A stretch of DNA of 64,000 bases from Candidatus Borrarchaeum weybense (GTDB taxonomy: Archaea > Asgardarchaeota > Sifarchaeia > Borrarchaeales > Borrarchaeaceae), in contig JAHQJS010000004.1 of assembly GCA_019057385.1 (NCBI GenBank), positions 1,044,727 to 1,108,726 of the forward strand. Reading direction: 5' to 3'. Positions 55,796 through 64,000 of this stretch are shown here, one piece after another. Every line of letters begins with the position of its first letter. Positions within the stretch are counted from its first letter, which is position 1. A program made the translations under genes and the position numbers. The notes under the pieces were generated by a model. It saw only the letters and a list, made by a program, of their open reading frames with translations. It ran no database searches and had not been told where the DNA came from.

Positions 55796-57565
55796 CTACA
55801 TTAGCACTTCAAAAATTTTTACTCTTTCATTTGTATAGACCTCTTGAAGATATATACTTGCTTCTGGATCAAATCCTTTAGCAGACTCCCAAGGACCAAA
55901 ATATATGTATTGCACTTCAAAGTTTTCAATAATCTCAACTCTTTCTAGTTCAGAAGTGTCATCATCAAAGAATCTTTGTGTTATACGATCTCTTTCATCA
56001 TTGAAAGGTGTTAATGCATCGTGACCATATACTACTTTGTTTCCTGTAAACACAGGAATTAGATATCCTGCTTTTTTCAGACAAAGTACAACCTCAGAGT
56101 CATCAGTATTTTCATTGAGCCAGTTAAAGGCATCCACTTCTTCTTTGTAAATGAAGGCATAGTAAGTGGGCTCTTGGTACAAGTCTATAATGAAGACGAA
56201 ATTTGATGGAATGGTCGTTAAGAAAAGAATAAACAGAATTTGTTTTGCTCTTTTTGGTTTCATAAATCCTTGAGAGAACGTTTTTCCTGAAATTAGCTTC
56301 TTGTATAGAAAATAAAAACCTTCTGTAGATAATACAATAAGAGGAAAGGCAAAAGTATTTGCATAGTGAGATGGTTGAAAGGGATGGGCTATTCCTAATA
56401 ATGGAGTAATATAGAAGTGATTTAAAAGAGCAAAAATTCCAATTGCCCATGAAATAAAGAAAATGCTTTGATTAGTTCTTTCTCGCAGATAAAGGTATCC
56501 TCCAGGTATAGCTAAGATAAGAAGTAAGCCCCATGCTAGAATATAATCATATAAGGGAATACTAAAAACTAATTGACGAAACTGAGCTACAACAATAGCT
56601 ACGGACTCGAATTTACTTGTGATATATAGATTCCAGGCCATAGGCGGAATAATTGAACTAATGATCGGAATCATTTCTTTCCATAGTATTCGTTTATTGA
56701 GCAAAGCACTTAGTATAACATGCATGAAAACGATTGCAGTCAATGAGAATGCTGTAAAATAGTGTGAACTCCATGTTAAGAGAGAAAACCCTGCTGAAAT
56801 TAAAATGAAGTTATATTTATTTTCATTGGTTCCTCTTAGCCAATAATAAAGGCTAAGCAACATTAAGCAAAATGGGAAGACCCAATGTGGATAAAGTGTT
56901 AATGTAAAATGAGATGGCATCCACCAGTCATAAAATCTAGATATGTCCTTATATTGAGTATAGCCGGTGTAAAAATCGCCGTAAAAGGCAATCATTATTA
57001 TAAAGAGAATCCATGACCATCCCGATGACCATGCTGCTAGTGTAAAAGAAATGAAGACCTTTCTTTCATTATCTGGGAATATATATTTTAAGAATTTGTA
57101 AATAATCAGAAACAAAATGCTTCCTAGGATAATCCGTGACGCATGCCATAAAGGAATAAAGGAAATTCCAGTAATTAGCATAATTTTGCCAAGCAAGTTG
57201 AAATACAAGTAATAATAGACTTTAGGACTATTTGATGATGCGTCATAAGGATTGGCAAAAAGAAATCCAAAAGATTCAGAGGCTTCATGTGACCAGGCGC
57301 CATAGTAAAACTCATCATACTGATATATCCCTAGAAAAACCATTCCTTCAGGTGCATGTTGGTACCAATAAAGTAAAGGGATAGAAAGAATGATTGGTAT
57401 GATTATTGAAGTAAAAAGGACATAATGGATCATTTTAATGGGATAAATCTTAGAAAGACTTTCAAATCGTTTCATTTTTTCCCACAATTTTGCGATGTTT
57501 TTCACTTGATTTTTTTGCACTTTACAATTTATTAGATAATATAAAATCTTTGGATTTGGACACAT
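55796..57565 (-). CDS. Multi-pass membrane protein, GT-C-like glycosyltransferase candidate
   Basis: ~12 TM segments, YDE acidic motif in first loop, C-terminal AFNWLNENT...GNKVVYGH domain. Confidence 0.6.
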   Translation of the reverse strand: MCPNPKILYYLINCKVQKNQVKNIAKLWEKMKRFESLSKIYPIKMIHYVLFTSIIIPIILSIPLLYWYQHAPEGMVFLGIYQYDEFYYGAWSHEASESFGFLFANPYDASSNSPKVYYYLYFNLLGKIMLITGISFIPLWHASRIILGSILFLIIYKFLKYIFPDNERKVFISFTLAAWSSGWSWILFIIMIAFYGDFYTGYTQYKDISRFYDWWMPSHFTLTLYPHWVFPFCLMLLSLYYWLRGTNENKYNFILISAGFSLLTWSSHYFTAFSLTAIVFMHVILSALLNKRILWKEMIPIISSIIPPMAWNLYITSKFESVAIVVAQFRQLVFSIPLYDYILAWGLLLILAIPGGYLYLRERTNQSIFFISWAIGIFALLNHFYITPLLGIAHPFQPSHYANTFAFPLIVLSTEGFYFLYKKLISGKTFSQGFMKPKRAKQILFILFLTTIPSNFVFIIDLYQEPTYYAFIYKEEVDAFNWLNENTDDSEVVLCLKKAGYLIPVFTGNKVVYGHDALTPFNDERDRITQRFFDDDTSELERVEIIENFEVQYIYFGPWESAKGFDPEASIYLQEVYTNERVKIFEVLM

Positions 57566-57721
57566 ATTTAGCAGAAAAAATTATATTTTATAATGAAAAA
57601 CGCTTTAATAGAGAAGAACAAATACTTTTACAATAAAGAAATGATTTTAGTAATTTCATTCTCTTATATAAGAGACAATTAAACTTAGAAGTGATAGCAT
57701 AATCAAGGTGGGCAAAATAGT

Positions 57722-58087
57722 ATGGCGGATTTTGGGCAGATAGAAGCTATACTAAAGGAGATCGGCAACGGGACTCCTGATATTCATGGACTTGCAGTTG
57801 TAAGCTCAGAGGGCTTACCTATCGCTTCTGAACTTCTTGGAGAAGCAGAAATGGAACGTGTTGCAGCTATGACTGCTGCTATGCTGGCCGTTGGTCAACG
57901 TTCAGCTGAAGAACTAAATAGGGGAACTTTTGAGCAAGTTTTTATAAAAGGAGAGCTCGGAGCTATTATTATCATTGAAATCGGGGAAGAAGCGGTATTA
58001 GCAGCTGTTACTGGTACTAAACCACGATTAGGACTAGTTTTTATGAATATGAGACGTGCTGCTGGGCAAATCAAAAGTTTGCTTTAA
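57722..58087 (+). CDS. Roadblock/LC7 (MglB-like) protein
   Basis: AVVSSEGLPIAS, VAAMTAAML, LGLVF. Confidence 0.92.
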   Translation: MADFGQIEAILKEIGNGTPDIHGLAVVSSEGLPIASELLGEAEMERVAAMTAAMLAVGQRSAEELNRGTFEQVFIKGELGAIIIIEIGEEAVLAAVTGTKPRLGLVFMNMRRAAGQIKSLL

Positions 58088-58135
58088 ACAGAAAATACAT
58101 TTTAAAATAAAATTGAACTTTCTAATAGACCATTT

Positions 58136-58507
58136 TTACATTTTATTGTAGATGCGCCAATTAAACTCAATATCATGTAAAAATGTTTGAAATTCGAGAT
58201 CTCTGCCTTCTGGATCCCTCGAAAAAAACCGATAAATGTTGTATTTATCATTTTTTTGAGGTTTTGTTTCTGCTCGATCCTTCATTTTTTCATATAGAGC
58301 ATCAACTTCCTGAGGGGTCTTATAGAAGAATGTCAAAAGCCAACCTTTAGTTACCTCTCCTCCTCTTTCGCAAAAACCAAAGAGAAAATTGTCACGTTGG
58401 AGGATTACGCAATCTCCTTGGTCCAACCATACTTTTGAGCCAATAGATCTGTAGAATTCAACTATTCCTCGAAGATTGTTCGTCTTAAGAAATACTATGC
58501 CTGCCAT
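58136..58507 (-). CDS. VOC/glyoxalase-family protein
   Basis: EVDALYE, FFSRDPEGRDLEFQ. Confidence 0.85.
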   Translation of the reverse strand: MAGIVFLKTNNLRGIVEFYRSIGSKVWLDQGDCVILQRDNFLFGFCERGGEVTKGWLLTFFYKTPQEVDALYEKMKDRAETKPQKNDKYNIYRFFSRDPEGRDLEFQTFLHDIEFNWRIYNKM

Positions 58508-58671
58508 TTTCCTTCCCCATCTATTTTGAGTGAATCTGAATAATAAAGCACTATCTAATTCATTTCGGTTAACAAGTTAGATTTTCATGCTTATAACTAA
58601 TTATTTAAGAGAAAAATAGTTAAAGGTGGACAGTGTTAAGACTCTTAGAGTTTTCTATGATTGAAGTATAG

Positions 58672-59334
58672 GTGAATTGCGTGATTCCTAATCCTCTTTA
58701 TCTCGACACTATTTCAATCGGTTGCTGGTTTGTGGTAGCTGGTTATCATTTTCTCATGTTTGGATTCTTTTTCTTTCAACGATTTCGCGCTAGAAGAATA
58801 GTATATTGGCTGTATCTAGCGCTCTTTTTCCTTCTTATGGCTTTTGGACGTGGCTTTTTTATTGTTTCGGATTTCTATCTTGACACTATTTTATGGTGGA
58901 GAATCGGAACCTGTATTCAATGGTTTGCACTGGCGTTTCTAGCGCTTCTCATCGGACATCTCATTTTGGATAACCTTTATCACCAAATCATAATAGCTAT
59001 TCCTCCCCCTGTCATCGCGGTTCTAATTCTCTTTATTCCAGGAGTAGCACTATCGCCCTTTCGTTTTGCTGTCAATTATGTCTTAGCACCAATCTACGCG
59101 ATTTTTCTCCCTGCTCTCTTCTTCTATTTGGCATATCACAGCGTCGGAACCATTCGCCGTGGTTCTATACTGAACGGCGTTGGCTTTTTGATACTTTATG
59201 CTGGAAGAGTTATGTCGTCTGAGGCAGTTAAGCAAGTATTAGCACCTTGGGTAGGCGCAATTTTTGCACCAGGTTTAGTAATCCTTGCATTACTTCTCAT
59301 AAGCTGGGGCAACCAATACGAACTATTAACTTGA
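58672..59334 (+). CDS. Stand-alone ~7-TM membrane protein
   Basis: About seven hydrophobic segments and no soluble output domain. Confidence 0.7.
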   Translation: MNCVIPNPLYLDTISIGCWFVVAGYHFLMFGFFFFQRFRARRIVYWLYLALFFLLMAFGRGFFIVSDFYLDTILWWRIGTCIQWFALAFLALLIGHLILDNLYHQIIIAIPPPVIAVLILFIPGVALSPFRFAVNYVLAPIYAIFLPALFFYLAYHSVGTIRRGSILNGVGFLILYAGRVMSSEAVKQVLAPWVGAIFAPGLVILALLLISWGNQYELLT

Positions 59335-59382
59335 TTTAGCTGATTTAACCTCTACCGTCGATTTTTTCTTTTCCCTCTCCCC

Positions 59383-60000
59383 TTATTCCTCTGGGTCAAC
59401 CATTTCAACCCAGCCCATTTGTTCCAAATCATCTACTTTTATGATAACTTCATCTTCTGGCATGCCTATTTCTTCAGCAATATCTTCTATAGTTCTTTTG
59501 CCGTCACAAAATTTGCCAATCTTACTCAATATTTCGTCCATTAATCCCATTTTGACTGCCATCTTTGGTATCTTCTTAATTAGCTTAGGTACTTTTATGG
59601 GAACTTCGGCTATCTCACCGTTCTTAAGCTGTCCATCCATTATTTCACTGAAATCTTCAAAAACAGAAACATTACCCATCCATTTTGCCAATTCATCTTG
59701 ATATTTCTCGTTAAAGGTTTGCACCAATATTTCTAATGAATTCATAGCGATGTTCTTATCATCTAATTTGTCCGCAGCTGCGGCCAGCATTACTCCTTCT
59801 CTAAAAACAAGAATGACATTATATTCCTTCATATCGATGATCCTAATAACCCCTCTGCCTGCAGTAACCTCAGTTGTAAAATCCTTTAAAGCTGTCAGAA
59901 ACCCCGCTATTAAATCCTCATCGAACGTGATCTCTCCATAACGACGTGAGAGAACACACAAACCGCTGCTTGCGATTATAAGATATATACTATGTATCAA
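59383..60000 (-). CDS. Longin-like domain + C-terminal winged helix
   Basis: IHSIYLII..SGLCVLSRRY, DEDLIAGFLTAL; CDGKRTIEDIAEEIG. Confidence 0.75.
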   Translation of the reverse strand: MIHSIYLIIASSGLCVLSRRYGEITFDEDLIAGFLTALKDFTTEVTAGRGVIRIIDMKEYNVILVFREGVMLAAAADKLDDKNIAMNSLEILVQTFNEKYQDELAKWMGNVSVFEDFSEIMDGQLKNGEIAEVPIKVPKLIKKIPKMAVKMGLMDEILSKIGKFCDGKRTIEDIAEEIGMPEDEVIIKVDDLEQMGWVEMVDPEE

Positions 60001-60293
60001 GGAACACCCTCATGTTTCAATGCGTTTTCTGTTTCAATTCCCCGTTATTCAAAAATCATGAAGTCTATTTCTTTTAACTACACTATATTATTCCTAAAAA
60101 ATCTTGTGAAGATTTTCGACTCTTCTAATTATAAATCCAACTTAATTAAATCATCGTTTTCTCAATTTCCTATGTGTAGAAATTAGTTTCGTATTCTAGA
60201 ATGATTATAGTACTTTTTTAAAGAAGGTTATTAAGCACAAAAAATATGTTTAGGATTGCTCATAAAATAATAATGAATATGTAAAAAACTAAA

Positions 60294-61817
60294 TTGCCCG
60301 TTTTATGGGGGATTTTTGTGTCTGAAGATTTTAAGTTAGAATTATTCGCGAGGTTGGATAAACTCCCAATGAATCAGGCTGTTGCGGAAGCTCTTCAAGT
60401 CTTAGAAAGGATACGTACCGAGGGTTCTCCAGAAGAAGCTAACCAAGCAGCAAAACACGCTGTAGAACTTCTTTGGCTAAACTCAGAACGTATGCGAGAC
60501 TCGAAATCTCTAAAAAATGCAGCGTCACAACTGGCAACAGCGTATACTATCGCCAACGAAGTTCTTGATGATAAAGAAATGGCAAAAAAATCTATTTTAC
60601 AAGCGGCGGAGTACTTGATTCAGGCGGCGAATGAATATCTTATTTGGGAAGACGTAGACAGTGGTACTGGAATGTTGACTACTGCTAGTTTGCTGAAATT
60701 TTTAGCAGATGACTATGATTTATCACTAATTGAATCAAAGAAAGGAACGATCAATTTTGGGCGAAGCATATTGGGTGCGGATCAGATGATTGGAATCCCT
60801 GAATTACTTGTTCAATCGATCAATAAAGTAGATCCGAATATGCTTAACAAAGCAAAACAACGGTGCTTGAGTTTACTTCCGCGTGTAAAAGATGCGGCAG
60901 AATTTATGGAACTAATCAATAAATCTTTAATGCATGTAGAACAACGACTTAGCAAATCTATTGAGTTTCCTGATATTAAGAGTATTGTCGAAATACCAAA
61001 AGATTTAGTTCTGGGACAAGAATTCATGGCAAAATTCAAATTGAAGAATATTGGCGAAGGTAATGCTAAAGATGTTTCTTACTCGATAGATATTCCAACA
61101 GAACTTAGGGTAATTGGAACTACTAAAGATTCTGTTGCAGAAATGAAACCTGGTGATGAAGTTGAGAAAAACCTTGAATTGACACTTCCAGAAGCTGAAA
61201 CTGCTACAGATCAAGAATATAAGATCCACATCTCTTTATCATTCAAAGATATTGTGGGTAATATGCAAACGCAAACCTTAGGTCCCTTTTCAGTAGTAGC
61301 TGGGACAGTAAGTAAAGCTGAAGAAACCGAAAAAGCAATCAACACACATAATGAAGCGCTTTCTGCACTTTCTTCACGTATAGCAGGAATTACTCTTCCA
61401 AATGTATTTCAACCTTTTATTAATGGCATGACAGACTTGGCATCTGATATTCTCACCAAATGTAAAACTTATAGAGAAACAGAAGAATATAAGCTGATTC
61501 CGGCTTTACTCAAGGTTTTTGAGGATCTAATTTCAAAAACAAATGAGACAATGCCAGATGCTATAGCTAATTATGAATCTGAAAAACAACAATTTGATGA
61601 TTTGAAAGAAACTCTTAATACTTTGGCGAAAAAAGTTGATGATTTAGACCAATATACTAAGAAAATTCAGGATATCGCTCAATTAATAAATGAAACAGAG
61701 CTAACAGAAGAAGGACAAATACTTATCAAACGAGCAATTCAAGAGTTAAATGATGCAAGTGAGTCACTCACAGAGGCTGTCTCTCAAATTAAAGAATTAA
61801 CTGAAGAAAAGAGTTAA
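60294..61817 (+). CDS. Alpha-solenoid + Ig-like (CARDB-type) + coiled-coil protein
   Basis: Helical repeats; LKNIGEGNAKDV beta-sandwich; heptad C-terminus; possible start GTG 60318. Confidence 0.7.
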   Translation: MPVLWGIFVSEDFKLELFARLDKLPMNQAVAEALQVLERIRTEGSPEEANQAAKHAVELLWLNSERMRDSKSLKNAASQLATAYTIANEVLDDKEMAKKSILQAAEYLIQAANEYLIWEDVDSGTGMLTTASLLKFLADDYDLSLIESKKGTINFGRSILGADQMIGIPELLVQSINKVDPNMLNKAKQRCLSLLPRVKDAAEFMELINKSLMHVEQRLSKSIEFPDIKSIVEIPKDLVLGQEFMAKFKLKNIGEGNAKDVSYSIDIPTELRVIGTTKDSVAEMKPGDEVEKNLELTLPEAETATDQEYKIHISLSFKDIVGNMQTQTLGPFSVVAGTVSKAEETEKAINTHNEALSALSSRIAGITLPNVFQPFINGMTDLASDILTKCKTYRETEEYKLIPALLKVFEDLISKTNETMPDAIANYESEKQQFDDLKETLNTLAKKVDDLDQYTKKIQDIAQLINETELTEEGQILIKRAIQELNDASESLTEAVSQIKELTEEKS

Positions 61818-61821
61818 ATGC

Positions 61822-62343
61822 TCATTCTATTTTTCTTTTTGTCATTTTCATAGCTAGATTTACTGCTTCTTCAGGAGTAGTTGCTATCTGGATTTTATCC
61901 TTAGACCATGGAAGTTGCCATTCATCACCCGTATGAAGGTCACTAAACAAATCAGCGACGCCGCCACTTCCTTTAAGTACGATTGCTGGAATTTTATAAT
62001 TCATTGCCATAGCGATCTCGCTAAGTGTACCCGTTGATCCGTTTATTGCAATAACAGCATCACTAGCTAATACAACTGTAGTATTTCGCGAATAACCTAA
62101 ATCGGTCGGTATCAAGATTTCAATGTATTCATTGGCCTCTTTTTCTTCCGTTGGCAGGATTCCAACGGTTAAACCATTGTTCGTTTTAGCGCCCTTTGCT
62201 GCGTATTCCATTACAGAACCTAATCCCCCACACAAGAGGATACAACCCTTTTGAGCAATCAATTTACCGATTTCTTCTGCTTGGTCCTTGACATGGTCTG
62301 ATATATCCCCCCCGGCTCCTATAACTCCAATTTGTATAGGCAC
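61822..62343 (-). CDS. LOG/SLOG-family Rossmann protein (TIGR00725-like)
   Basis: CGGLGSVME, TVGILP, RN, GTLSEIA. Confidence 0.88.
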   Translation of the reverse strand: MPIQIGVIGAGGDISDHVKDQAEEIGKLIAQKGCILLCGGLGSVMEYAAKGAKTNNGLTVGILPTEEKEANEYIEILIPTDLGYSRNTTVVLASDAVIAINGSTGTLSEIAMAMNYKIPAIVLKGSGGVADLFSDLHTGDEWQLPWSKDKIQIATTPEEAVNLAMKMTKRKIE

Positions 62344-62616
62344 TGCTATTTCACCTCCTTCTAAACCACAACTATTTCCTTACAATTCTAGCTATACTTT
62401 TAAAATAGATCTACGCTTTTTGATATGTATGTATTAACATAACTAATTTTTGAAGTGTAAAAAATGATGTACTCGTTAAGGATTCTCTATAATAACTAGT
62501 TATTTTTTAGTTATTTTGAATATTTCCTTGTCTTAATTAGGTTTTTCGCTGATTACAGTTTGTAATCAAATAAGAGATGAAAGGATAAAGTTTTTATACG
62601 ATATGTATGGAATTAC

Positions 62617-63693
62617 ATGTCGATTAAAATGGATACACGGAAACAACTATGGATAAGTGCAATATTCATTGTCGTATTAGTCTCTGGAGTGACAGCTGGA
62701 CTTCTAATAACTACCCCTCATATCTTCAATGAAGATACAGTGACAGTCACTGATTCTGATGGTAGAGTTGTACCTATACCTACTCAAGTAGATACCATCG
62801 CTTCCAACTATCCGATCTCAACATCGGCGATTTTATTTCTAGGAGGTGCTGATATGCTTATTGCGGTGGATAGTTCAACACTAAGTACTTCCTTTATGTT
62901 GAACCTCTATCCCAGTCTGAGCGATGCAACAGATATAGGATACCCGTGGACTGTAAATATGGAGCAAATCGTAGCACTTGATCCCGATATCTTCTTCACG
63001 GCGTGGAACTCTGAAATAGCCGATCAACTTCAGGAAAAGGGTATACCAACGGTTTGCCTGAATTTTGAAAGCCCTGAGGAATTTAACAGAGCGTTAACAA
63101 TAATTGGTAATTGTTTGGGCTTACAAACAGCAGCTGCAAATGCGGTCGACTATTATCAAACCAAGGAAAAAGACTTGGAACTGCAAACAAAGACGCTAGC
63201 AAAGAGTGCACGACCCAAAATTTTGTTTATGAGTTACGGAGCACGTAGGATGACAGTTTTCCAGGTACCTGGGAAAGGAATGTTGCAAAACGAGTTAATA
63301 TCGTTGGCTGGTGGCGTGTCAGTATCCGAAGATTTGCCTGGAGGCTGGTCGGAAGTGTCGGTAGAACAAGCAGCGGTATGGAATCCAGATATCATAATAA
63401 TAACCAGTTATTCTTCCGAAACAACGGCTACCGATTTAAAAAATCAGGTACTCGACGATGCTGCTTGGGATATCACTACAGCTGCCCAAAACAGTGCGGT
63501 GTATGCTTTTCCAGGAGATTGGGAATCCTGGGATGCTCCAACCCCTAAATGGATCTTAGGACTCTATTGGCTCGCAACAGTTATTCAACCAGACATGTTT
63601 AGTGACATTAACTTCCAATCGATAGCTACGGAGTTCTACCAAGACTTCTATGGTGTTACATGGTCCACAGCCGGAGTTACTGGTGATATTTAG
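62617..63693 (+). CDS. BtuF/FecB-type ABC substrate-binding protein
   Basis: N-terminal anchor, VTDSDGRVV, NMEQIVALDPD, VSVEQAAVWNPDIII. Confidence 0.88.
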   Translation: MSIKMDTRKQLWISAIFIVVLVSGVTAGLLITTPHIFNEDTVTVTDSDGRVVPIPTQVDTIASNYPISTSAILFLGGADMLIAVDSSTLSTSFMLNLYPSLSDATDIGYPWTVNMEQIVALDPDIFFTAWNSEIADQLQEKGIPTVCLNFESPEEFNRALTIIGNCLGLQTAAANAVDYYQTKEKDLELQTKTLAKSARPKILFMSYGARRMTVFQVPGKGMLQNELISLAGGVSVSEDLPGGWSEVSVEQAAVWNPDIIIITSYSSETTATDLKNQVLDDAAWDITTAAQNSAVYAFPGDWESWDAPTPKWILGLYWLATVIQPDMFSDINFQSIATEFYQDFYGVTWSTAGVTGDI

Positions 63694-64000
63694 TTGAGCA
63701 AAAAGCTACCTATTGAGGTAAGTTTAGTAATTTTACCTCTGCTCCTTTTTTTTTTATCAATTTACCTTGGTAGATATCCGATAAATCCCTTTATTATCAC
63801 TAGACCTTTGAGTTACAATGAATACGTGATTATTTTTCTCATCAGAATGCCCAGAGTACTTATTGCGATGAGTGTAGGGGCAGCCCTATCGATATCAGGG
63901 GCTACATTACAAGGTACTGCGAGAAATCCTCTTGTGGGCCCAGAAATTTTGGGGGTTTCTTCAGGTGCCGCTTTTGGAGCAGCACTGGCTATAGTGTTCC
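63694..64000 (+). CDS. BtuC/FecCD-type ABC permease (runs off the window)
   Basis: TTG right after the upstream TAG; IRMPRVLIA..GAALSISGATLQG..RNPLVGPEILGVSSGA. Confidence 0.9.
   Translation, partial: MSKKLPIEVSLVILPLLLFFLSIYLGRYPINPFIITRPLSYNEYVIIFLIRMPRVLIAMSVGAALSISGATLQGTARNPLVGPEILGVSSGAAFGAALAIVF

Noticed and set aside
62344-62616. Cobalamin riboswitch upstream of the BtuF-like gene
   Set aside because: Region is very AT-rich with no recognisable B12-box or stems.
1-64000. Genome-wide stop-codon reassignment suggested by the eL41 stops
   Set aside because: TGA and TAA end well-conserved genes at expected positions (e.g. cdhA TGA, gcvH TAA).

Overview
AT-rich archaeal chromosomal window, most consistent with an Asgard archaeon: Roadblock/LC7, longin-like and SDS22-like LRR proteins, a coiled-coil TrmB-like protein, archaeal CdhA/CdhB, TATA boxes and GGAGG/GGTGA Shine-Dalgarno sites. 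I found no rRNA, tRNA, CRISPR array or intact transposase. In order it holds: (1) VIT1, a degenerate CofD-like gene, an eL41-like mini-gene with two in-frame stops, and a glucosylglycerate/mannosylglucosylglycerate-type solute cluster (0.5-8.7 kb); (2) a NifB/NifX-DUF5320-DUF134-MinD/ferredoxin-CDF-DtxR metal cluster with low-complexity tails, a tandem duplication and two operator motifs (9-21 kb); (3) MgtE/PhoU-TrkA_C; (4) an uncharacterised operon of DUF318/ArsP permease, three thioredoxins, a DGC pair and an orphan lipoyl-carrier GcvH, tied by a shared TATATCG-N8-CGATA operator to a second DGC pair and, via partial sites, TauE and an ABC exporter (23-34 kb) - my best candidate for an undescribed system; (5) an unannotated ferredoxin lacking a canonical start and cdhAB whose D-cluster cysteines appear lost; (6) a B12-radical SAM + SPASM radical SAM pair resembling GMGT lipid enzymes; (7) USP/APC, homocitrate synthase-aconitase-M20 genes; (8) a glycosylation module, Asgard signalling-like genes and the start of a BtuF/FecCD-type ABC importer. 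Small IS200/IS605-end relics are present. All calls are from motif recognition by eye; no searches were run.
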